A stretch of 20,000 nt of DNA from Parvularia atlantis (taxonomy: Eukaryota): the NCBI GenBank assembly GCA_943704415.1, contig CALSCO010001118.1, positions 54,228-74,227 of the forward strand, read 5' to 3'. Shown in pieces: positions 10,665-19,853 of this stretch (positions are counted from its first letter, which is position 1; every line of letters begins with the position of its first letter). The notes under the pieces are model-generated. The model was not told the origin of the DNA, did not search any database, and saw only the letters and a program-made list of their open reading frames with translations. Position numbers and translations under genes: made by a program.

Positions 10665-12543
10665 ATGGCATCGAGTGCGAGCGCAGGCGCCAAGAAGGGC
10701 GCGCCGGCCGAGCGCGTGTTCCTCGGGCGGCCGTCCAACAACCTGCGCATCGGCCTCGTCGGTGCGTGTGCGTGGGCGGCGGTCGCCTGCTGGCTGACGG
10801 CGGCGCGCACATACGCGCTCGCACAGGCCTGCCGAACGTCGGGTGCGTCTTGCCTTGTGGTTGCGCCAGCGGAGAGCGCTGACACGGCCGTCCGCGCCCC
10901 CGCGCACGCTCGCAGCAAGTCGTCGCTGTTCAACACGCTCACCAACAGCGCCACCGCGGCCGAGAATTACCCGTTCTGCACGATCGGTGCGCGCGGCCGT
11001 CGTGCCGTCGCGAGCGCGCGCTGATCACCCGCTTGATAGACCCGTCCGAGGCGCGCTGCGCCGTGCCGGACGAGCGCTTCGACTGGCTGTGCGAGACGTA
11101 CAAGCCCGCATCCAAGGTGCCGGCGTACCTGACCGTGGTCGACATCGCCGGCCTCGTCAAGGGCGCGGCCGAGGGCGCGGGCCTGGGCAACGCGTTCTTG
11201 TCGCACATCCGCGCCGGTGCGCGAAGACGTGAAGCGAGTGCGCACTGTGGCGCACTGAGCGGCGCGCGCGGCAGTCGACGGCATCTTCCAGGTCGTGCGC
11301 GCGTTCGACTCGGAGGAGGTCGCGCACGTCGAGGGCGACGTCAACCCCGTGCGTGACATGCAGATCATCCACGAGGAGCTTAGGTGCGCGCGCGCACACA
11401 CGAGCGCGACCAGGCGTGGCTCACACGCGGCCGCACGCACCCGCAGGATCAAGGACGAGGAGTTCCTCGCCAAGAAGAAGAACGAGCTCGAGCGGAAAGG
11501 CGCCAACCGCGGCGTGAAGGAGGTCAAGGCCGAATACGTACGTAGAGGAGGCCGGCGGCTGTCGTGCTTTGTGCGTGCGTGTGCGGCTGAGGCGTGCCCG
11601 TCGCAGGACGTCGTGTGCAAGGCGCATCAGCTCGTGTCGGAGCAGAAGGTCGACGTCCGCTACGGCGACTGGAACGCGAAGGAGGCCGAGGAGCTCATGT
11701 CGATGCAGCTGCTCACGGCCAAGCCGGTCATCTACCTCGTCAACGTTTCGCAGGACGACTACATCCGGAAAAAAAACAAGTGGTGCGACCCGGGGGCCGC
11801 TGCGAGACGCGTGCTCACGCGCGCGCGCGCTCTTCGGCAGGCTCGCCAAGATCAAGGCCTGGGTTGACGAGCACGACGTGTACGACGAGAAGCCGCCGAT
11901 CATCCCCGTCAGCGTCGAGCTCGAGTTGAAAGTGCGATGCGCGTGCGCGCACCCTGTGGCTGACACGCGTGCGCTACGCAGCTGTCGACGATGTCGCCCG
12001 AGGACCGCGTCACGTTCCTGAAGGAGCTCAACACCGTCTCGATCCTGCCCAAGATCATCGTCACGGGCTACAAGGCGCTGAGCCTGATCTACTTCTTCAC
12101 GGCGGGCGAGGACGAAGTGCGCGCGTGGACGATCCGGGTGCGTGCTCACTGCAGACCCGCGCCGACGCTGCGATCGCTGATGAGACGCGCGCGCGTGTGC
12201 GGGCACAGACCGGCACCAAGGCGCCGCAGGCAGCCGGTACGGCGGGCGCGACGGCAAGCACACGGGGCTGACGGGCGCGCGCGCGCGCGCAGGCGTGATC
12301 CACACCGACTTTGAGCGCGGGTTCATCATGGCCGAGACGATGGCCTTCGCTGACCTGAAGGAGGCCGGCTCGGAGGCGCAGGTCAAGGCCGCCGGCAAAT
12401 ACAAGCAGAAGGGCAAGGAGTACGTGGTCGTCGACGGCGGTGCGGCTGCAGCGGGTGCTCTAGTGCGGTGCGCTGTGCGTCTGACTCCGCTGCCAGACAT
12501 CATCTACTTCAAGTTCAACGTGACGGCGCAAAAGAAGAAGTGA
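10665..12543 (+). CDS. OLA1: Obg-like ATPase 1 (OLA1/YchF), 11 introns
   Basis: GLVG|LPNVG|KSS P-loop, [81 protein letters not shown]. Introns start at 10762, 10843, 10987, 11217, 11384, 11538, 11783, 11932, 12138, 12237, 12440. Confidence 0.97.
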
Positions 12544-12594
12544 GGCCCTCTGCGCGTATTGGCATTTGCGGTTGCGCGTCGGCGCGGCGGAGCA

Positions 12595-13286
12595 TCACGC
12601 GGACACTTTGGGTGCAGGCTCGGGAGGGTCTGGTGGCGGCTGCGGCTGCGGCGGGACGGCTGTGGCGGATGCGGCGCCCTCGAAGACGTGCACGGGCAGC
12701 CCGTCGTACGCGAGCACGTGGTCCGGCCGCGTGAGCAGGCGGCGACAATGCCCGCAGCTGAGGCAGGTCAGGTTGACGTGCTGCTCGCGCCGTGCTGGCG
12801 GGAACCTGTCAGCGCCACGCACGAGGCACAGCGCAGCGCGGCCACGCACGTCGCACGCGCACGCGGCACGTCTCACCCGGGATGAGCGGCGTGCGGCAGT
12901 GCTCGCACAGCGCGCGCTTCACGTCCGGGTGCCTGCATGATGAGCGCGCGCGCGTGCGTGTCAGCAGTGTCCTCACCGCGGGCGGCACCGCGCGCACATC
13001 CGCAGCACGAAGCGCTCGGCCACGCCCGCGGCGATCGTGCCGTAGAAGCCGCTGAGCTGCGCGTGCCCGTTGAGCCAGCCCATTGTGCACGCGCATACAG
13101 ATCGCACACCGATGCCGCGTTGCGCTCGGTCAGCCGCCGCCGCCTGCGCCCGTGCTTGTGGCCGTTCGCATCGTGCCGATGCGTGCCGTCGCCGTCACCG
13201 CGCAGCGCCGTCGCGAGCACGGCCGCCTGCGCCGCAAAGTTGATCCGCAGCAGCGCGTCGGTCGAGGCCGGCGGGTTGACGGCCAT
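12595..13286 (-). CDS. RPP21: RNase P subunit Rpp21/Rpr2 family zinc-binding protein
   Basis: LRINFAAQAA...LSGFY...FVLRM|HPDVKRALCEHCRTPLIPG...LTCLSCGHCRR (two CxxC). Introns 13057-13109, 12933-12997, 12795-12849. Confidence 0.85.
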
Positions 13287-13329
13287 GCGCGACCACGGCC
13301 GTGCTGGCGCACACAAGTAGCCTGACAGC

Positions 13330-16300
13330 ATGGCTTCGGCAAGGCGGCGCGCGGCGCCGGTCGAGGACGAGGACGAGGAGGGCGTGCCGGCGGACGAGCG
13401 GCCGCAGGTCGTGCTGGACGAGGGCGACGGTGAGGTCGAGATGGGCGGCGCGGACGACGACGACGACGACGACGAGCAGCAGCAGCAGCAGCGCGAGAAG
13501 GAGAAGGAGAAGGAGCAGCGCCGCGCCGGCAAGAAGCGCGCGCGGGTGGACGAGGACGGCGAGGACAGCGCGGCGGCGACGCCGGCGGCACCGGCCGCGA
13601 CCAAGGGGTGCGTCGCCGGCGGAGCGGGGGCGAGCGGCGCGCGTCTGAGCAACTCGCGCCGCGCAGGACGCGTGGGGGCCAGCCGCAGGCCGTCGTGTCG
13701 GACGCCGAGATCGCCGCGAGCAACTCGAAGGAGGTGCGGCACGAGGTCGCCGTGCCGGCCAACTACCCCTTCACGCCGCTCAACGAGTACACGGTGCGCG
13801 CGCTTCTGGCTTGCGGCGCGCGGCTGAGCGACCGAACGGGGCGCAGGCACCGGCCAAGCCCGCGCGCGAATACCCGTTCGTGCTCGACCCGTTCCAGAAG
13901 TGGTCGATCGCGTGCATCGAGCGCGGCGAGTCGGTCCTCGTCTCGGCGCACACGTCTGCCGGCAAGACCGTCATCGCCGAGTTTGTGTCGCGCGCGCCGC
14001 CGCCGTGTCCGCACTGTTGTTGATCGGCGCAACGCAGGTACGCCATCGCGCTCTCGCTGCGCAACAAGCAGCGCGTCATCTACACGTCGCCCATCAAGGT
14101 GCATGCGTGCCTGCGCGCGTGCGCCCGCGTCGTGAGCCGCGACCGTCCACCAGGCGCTCAGCAACCAAAAGTATCGCGAGCTGTACGAGGACTTCCAGGA
14201 CGTGGGCCTGATGACGGGCGATGTGACGATCAACCCGACGGCGAGCTGCCTCGTGATGACGACCGAGGTGAGTCCGCCTGCGTGCGCGTGCGCAGCTTAT
14301 GCGCGCGCCCAGATTCTGCGCAACATGCTCTACCGCGGCTCGGAGGTGATGCGCGAGGTCGCGTGGGTCGTCTTTGACGAGATACACTACATGCGCGACA
14401 AGGGTGCGCTACATACCGTGACGATGCTGCGCAATGAGCCTGAGACGGTGGCGCACGCAGAGCGCGGCGTTGTGTGGGAGGAGAGCATCATTATGCTGCC
14501 CAAGAGCGTGCACCACGTGTTTCTGTCAGCCACGATCCCGAACGCGCGTGAGTTTGCCGAGTGGATTTGCAAAGTGCACGAACAGGTGCGCTGCGCCGTG
14601 CGGCGTCTGCGTCTGCGCGGCCGACACGACGGTTGCGTGCAGCCGTGCCACGTCGTCTATACCGACTACCGTCCGACGCCGCTGCAGCACTACCTCTTCC
14701 CGGCTGGCGGCGACGGCATCTTTCTCGTGCTCGACGAGCAGGGCAAGCTGCGAGAGGACAACTTCACCAAGGCGCTGGTGTGTGCGCGTGCAGGAGTGCG
14801 CGCGCAACGTCGCTCACCGCCGACGTCGCGCAGTCCATGGTGGCCGACACGCCCGCACGTGGCAGCGGCGGCGGCGGCGGGCGCGGCGACCGCAAGGGCG
14901 CGGGGGCGCGCGGGCCGTCAGACATTAGCAAGGTGCGCGTCCCGCCTGCACGCGCCGGACGATCGCTGATGCCGTCTTCGCCCACTGCAGATCATCAAGA
15001 TGATCATGGAGCGCAGTTACCAGCCGGTGATCGTCTTCGCCTTCTCCAAGCGCGAGTGCGAGAACCTGGGCAAACAGATGTCCAAGCTCGACTTCAACAC
15101 GGAGGTACGCGTGGGCGCGGGGTAGCGGCCGAGCGTGACACTGCCGCGCACGCGCAGGATGAGAAGGCGATGGTCGAGGCCGTGTTTACGAACGCGATCG
15201 ACTCGTTGTCGGAGGACGACAAGGCGCTGCCGCAGATTGAGGCGATCCTGCCGGTGTGTGCGGCCGTGCGGCGCCGACGTGGCGGGCTGCTGACACGCTT
15301 CTCGCAGCTGCTTAGGCAAGGCATCGGCATCCACCACGGTGGCCTGCTGCCGATCTTGAAGGAGGTAATCGAGATCATGTTCCAGGAGGGTTTGCTCAAG
15401 GCGCTGTTTGCGACCGAGACGTTTGCGATGGGCCTCAACATGCCCGCGCGCACGGTCGTGTTCACGTCCGTGCGCAAGTTTGACGGCAAGGACTTTCGCT
15501 GGGTGCGCGGTGCCTGCGACGTCACCCGGGGAAGGCTGCGCAGCTCACGCGAGCGCCGCGCGCCAGGTGAGCTCGGGAGAGTACACGCAGATGGCCGGGC
15601 GCGCCGGCCGTCGCGGCCTGGACGACCGCGGCATCGTGATTCAGATGGTCGACGAGCGCATGGACCCGGCCGCGGCGCGCAAGATGCTCATGGTGCACGG
15701 CGCCTGCCGTGAGCTGGGCGCTGTGCTGACGGCGAGCAGGGCGGCGCTGACAACCTCACGAGCGCGTTCCATCTGTCGTACAACATGATCCTGAACCTGA
15801 TGCGCATCGAGGACATCAGCCCCGAGTACCTGCTTGAACGCTCTTTCTTCCAATTCCAAAACAACGCGTCGGTGCCGGCACTCGAGCAGCGTACGCGCGC
15901 CAGGCACCTTGTGAGCAGCTCACGCTGGCACCGTGCCCGCAGAGGTCAAGGAGCTCGAGGCAAAGCGCGACGGCATCGTGATCGACAACGAGGAGGGCAT
16001 AGCCGAGATGCACTTGATCAAGCAGCAGCTCACGCGCTACGCAGAGGACGTGCGCACGGTCGTCAACCACCCGTCGTTCTGCCTGAGCTTCCTGACGGTG
16101 CGGCGGTGCGGCTTGCGGGTCGACCAGCAGCTGATGACGCGCCGGCCGCAGCCCGGGCGGCTTGTGCGCGTGCGCGACGGCGAGGTCGACTACGGCTGGG
16201 GCGCGGTGATCAACTACCAGAAGCGCTCGACGCAGACGAAGCTGGTGTGTGCGCCTGCGCGTGCGTCAGTGTGCACGCCTGCTGACCGCGGCGCAGAGCG

Positions 16301-17163
16301 GCGCCGTGCCCGTCGACGGCTCCGTGGCCAAGTACATCGTCGACGTGCTGCTGTACTGCGAGCCCGGGTCGAGCGCCAACGGGCGCATCCCCACGCCGGC
16401 CAAGCCCGGTCAGAAGGGCGAGATGTTGGTGCGTGCAGTGCAGTGCAGAGCGGGACGACGGCGGGGCGGGCGCCAAGCAGACGCGCGGCGCCAGGCCGTG
16501 CCGGTCATGCTCAGCACGCTCGACGGCGTGAGCTCGATCCGCGTATACATGAGCAAGGACGTGCGGCCGCTCGACAGCCGCCAGGCCGTCTACAAGGCGG
16601 TGCAGGTGCGTCGCGGTCGCTGCGTCGCGGTGTGCGCTTCTCATGCCGCGTGCCGGGCGCAGGAGGTCAAGAAGCGCTTCAACGAGGTCGTGCCGCTGCT
16701 GGACCCGATCGAGGACATGAAGATCGAGGACGCGGGCTTTAAGAAGCTGCTGGCGGTGCGTGGCGCGCGCCTTTGTGACATAGCGGCGGCGCCTGACGGT
16801 TGTGCGCGCGCCAGAAAATGGAGACGCTCGAGAAGCGCCTGAAGGAGCACACGCTGGCCAAGGACCCGCAGCTCGCCGCGCTGTACGACGCGTACGAGGG
16901 CAAGGTGCGGCCCATTCTCCGCGGTGGGTGGCAGGTGGCGGGCGCGGCTGGTGGGTTCCGGGGCGCGCCGCAGCCCGATGCGTGCCCGGCTCATAGGCGG
17001 CGCCGTGCCGAGCTGGGCTGGGGCGTGGTGCGCAGAACAGACGCGCGCTGCTTATTACGAGCGCGGGGCGGGGTCTGCTCTTTTTGCGCCCTGGTCTCCG
17101 GCTGTGCTCTTGCAACGGCAGCCACACGCTTTCTCTCCCCCGCGCTCGCGCATGCGCGCACTC

Positions 17164-17243
<80 letters not shown>

Positions 17244-18363
17244 GAGCGTGTGCGCGAGCGTGCACTCGCGTGCGTTGACCGGGCGGCGCATTGTGCGTGC
17301 CGTCCCGGTCCGCACGGCGCCGGCTCAGCCGGTCGCGCAAAAACGGGTGCAACACCAAGTCCCGGCCTCGCGCCGGGGCGGGTCTCTTTGGCGAGCCCTG
17401 TGCGCCTCCGCCATACACAGAAGCTCTTGCGATGACGCCCACAGCACCCAAACCCGCGCTGACACGCACCCCCCGTCCCAGGTCCGCCTCAACGCCGAGA
17501 TCAAGGCGCTCAAGAAGGCCATCCGGCAGGCCACGTCGATCATGCAGATGGACGAGCTCAAGTGCCGCAAGCGCGTGCTGAGGCGGTGCGTGTGTGGCGC
17601 GCCGGCGTGGGGAGCACCGCGCTGACAGCTACCCAGACTCGGGTACACAGCGGCGTCGGACGTGATCGAGATGAAGGGGCGTGTCGCCTGCGAGGTGCGC
17701 CTGCGCTCGGCCCGCGCGCGACGGGCTCGGCACTGAGCGGCTGGCGTGGCGCAGATCTCCACGGGCGATGAGCTGCTGCTGACCGAGATGATTTTCAACG
17801 GCGCTTTCAACGACCTGGTGCGCCGCCGTGCCGGCCGTCGTGTATCGGCTGAAGCGTTGTGCGCACAGGCCGTCGAGCAGGCTGTTGCGCTGCTCTCGTG
17901 CTTTGTGTTTGACGAGCGCAGCGACGAGCAGCCGCGGCTGCGCGACGAGCTGGCCGGCCCGCTGCGCATGATGCAGGAGTCGGCGCGCCGCATCGCGCGC
18001 GTGTCGCAAGAGTCCAAGCTCGTCGTCGACGAGGAGCAGTACGTCGCGTCGTTCCGGTCCGAGATGATGGACGTGGTCTACCAGTGGTGCAAGGGCGCCA
18101 AGTTTGCGCACATCATCGGCATGACCGACATCTTCGAGGGCAGCATCATCCGGTGCATCAAGCGCCTGGAGGAGCTCCTGCGGCAGATGTGCGCTGCGGC
18201 CAAGGCGATTGGCAACACCGAGCTCGAGAACAAGTTTGCCGAGGGTGCGCTAACGCGGCGTCGTCGTGCGCTCGCCCTGCGCTGACACGCGTGCGCGCGC
18301 GCACGCCCAGGCATCACGCTCATCAAGCGCGACATCATCTTTGCCGCCAGCCTTTACCTGTGA
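13330..18363 (+). CDS. MTR4: Exosome RNA helicase MTR4 (SKIV2L2/Dob1), 24 introns
   Basis: [73 protein letters not shown]/arch region and C-terminal [13 protein letters not shown]. 23 introns are 45-66 nt; one is 577 nt (16905-17481). Confidence 0.97.
16961..17129 (+). ncRNA. Intronic box H/ACA snoRNA (MTR4 intron 20); 3' pocket predicted to target LSU rRNA just 5' of the sarcin-ricin loop
   Basis: Hairpin 16963-17033, H box AGAACA 17034-17039, second hairpin 17047-17122 with pocket UAUUAC/UUGCAAC, and ACA at 17124-17126, exactly 14 nt from the upper stem. Confidence 0.8.
17165..17242. repeat. (AC)39 microsatellite
   Basis: Perfect dinucleotide repeat of 78 nt inside MTR4 intron 20. Confidence 0.99.
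17261..17446 (+). ncRNA. Second candidate intronic box H/ACA RNA
   Basis: Stem TGCACTC/GGGTGCA (17261-17267/17345-17351) followed directly by ACACCA (ANANNA, 17352-17357). 3' hairpin has a GGGCG/CGCCC base and GAGC-CTGTG/CACAG-GCTC upper stem; ACA at 17441-17443 is 14 nt from the upper stem. Confidence 0.55.
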
Positions 18364-18416
18364 ACGCGCGAGCGTGAGGCGCCTGTACATACGGTAGCCG
18401 TTATGATTTGAATGAC

Positions 18417-18742
18417 ATGTCAGAGGCCCAAAGGCTCGCCGCATTGCGCGCGCGAATCGGTGCGGTTGTCGGCGCACTGCACGGGCGTCGCGCTCACCGC
18501 CGCCGTCTCGCGCAGACGCCGCCAACGCGCGCATCGACGCGAGCGGCGCCAAGCTGGCTCAGCTGCTGGCGGTGCAGAAGGCCGTGAACGAGGTGCGCAC
18601 ACTGCCAACCGCAACTCGCCGATGCACCTGACGCGGCGCGCGCACAAAGACAATCGAGCCGTTCCGCATCGCGTTCAGCATGGGCGAGCGCGTGGCGTTC
18701 GACGTCGCGCAGGGCGACAGCGGGCGCGGCGGGGCATTGTGA
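18417..18742 (+). CDS. Small 70-aa coiled-coil protein, possibly DASH/Dam1 complex subunit Hsk3-like
   Basis: Exons 18417-18459, 18516-18592 and 18650-18742, with typical introns, give MSEAQRLAALRARIDAANARIDASGAKLAQLLAVQKAVNETIEPFRIAFSMGERVAFDVAQGDSGRGGAL*. The gene model is good; the family call is tentative. Confidence 0.65.
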
Positions 18743-18787
18743 AGCGGCACGGTACACAAGCATATGGATATCACTAGCTCCGTTGCG

Positions 18788-19737
18788 CTGCGGGGCGGGG
18801 ACACGCTCAGCCCTGCGGGTGCTGCCACGCGCGCGTGCACGGAGGAGAGGGAAGGGAAGGAGGGGCAGATCTCGCGCGCGTTTGACTCATCGATCTCGGA
18901 TGCACGGCCTTGTGAGCAGTGGGCCGCGCGGGCGGCGCCTCCGCGGCACCCCCGTGCGACACAACCGAGCCGCACCACCGCGCGGCGCCCGCCGCTTCAT
19001 CCGGCCCCGGCACGGCCCGCCACCGCGAGCCGCTCGACCGCGCACCGCTCGCATCCGTCGGGGCACCGCCGCGCGACGCGCCTCGCACCGCCCCGCCCCC
19101 ACCGGCGCAGCATCCGCAGGCGGCGACGGCCGGGGCAGCCCCCGCCACGGCGCCGGCATCTGGCAGACGGCCCCCGTCGCAGCCGCGCCCTCCCGTCCAC
19201 GCCGCTGCCGTCCGCGCCGCACGCCCGCCGCCGACGCCGCGCGCCGAGGCGGCAGGCGGCGCACCCGGCACGGCAAGCACTGCCGCACCGAGCACACCGG
19301 CCGCGCCCGCGACGCGCGACGACGGACAGCAGGGACGCGCAGCGGGGCGCGGCGACGTCGTGGGGGGACGGCGCGCTTGCAGGAGCCCGCTCGAATTGCA
19401 CAGCGCGCGCGAGCGGGAGGGAACAACCGCCGGCCCTCGTCGCCCGCACCGCGCCGGGCGGGGGGAGCGGCCGGCCGACGACGCCGCGCAGACGGGCCCC
19501 CGGCACGGCTGAACGGCGCCACGGGACCGATCGACAGTCGCGGCGAGCAAGACACGCGCCGGCGCAGCGGCGACTGAGCGGGACGGCTCGCGCGGCAGGG
19601 GCGGCACGGGTGCGCACGTGTGCATGGGCCGCCGCGGCGCGCCGCCCGTCGTGCGCGGCCTCCGAGGCGGACTTAAGGTATTTGCGCGCTTGGAGGGAAG
19701 GGGGCGAGCGCGAGCGGCAGGGCAAGGAGAGGCGCAC
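18788..19737 (-). other. 950-nt intron of an apparently non-coding host transcript (or 3' UTR)
   Basis: Minus-strand donor GAG|GTGCGC at 19737, branch-like GCTGAG at 18811-18806 and acceptor CCGCAG at 18788, all matching the local splice consensus. The flanking exons have no convincing ATG-initiated ORF. Confidence 0.55.
18867..19690 (-). ncRNA. Giant (~820 nt) H/ACA-class pseudouridylation guide candidate for LSU rRNA (yeast U2266 / snR84 site)
   Basis: Terminal stem GCGCGC/GCGCGC; guides UACCUUAA (19680-19673) and GAGUCA (18888-18883); upper stem GUC-CUCGGA/UCCGAG-GAU; AGA at 18872-18870, 16 nt from the pocket; A-poor, G/U-rich interior. Confidence 0.65.
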
Positions 19738-19853
19738 CTCGTGGCGGTCGAGGGTCGAGTGTGTCACGGTAAATTAATCATGCCGGGTGCCACAACTGCA
19801 GGCTCACGCCTCTTGCAAAAGTGCCTTTTTAAACCTGAACTGAACTCCTTGTG

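Noticed and set aside
17078..17345. TTTTTGCGC / GCGCAAAAA complementarity suggesting a telomerase-type pseudoknot
   Set aside because: No telomere template seen, only 9 bp, and both segments fall inside H/ACA candidates.
16924..17625. ORFs with HT or CV dipeptide runs
   Set aside because: Translations of the intronic AC microsatellite.
18770..19700. RNase MRP/P, U1, U3, SRP or hammerhead identity for the large RNA
   Set aside because: Only fragmentary matches (AAGUCC, GGAGCU, AUACCUUA, GAUGAG); the paired P4 strands, boxes and catalytic cores are missing.
18764..19777. Several 200-340-aa ORFs in both orientations
   Set aside because: R/A/P/G-rich shadow frames caused by the lack of T on the plus strand; no domain, codon periodicity or short introns. 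The structured-RNA explanation fits better.
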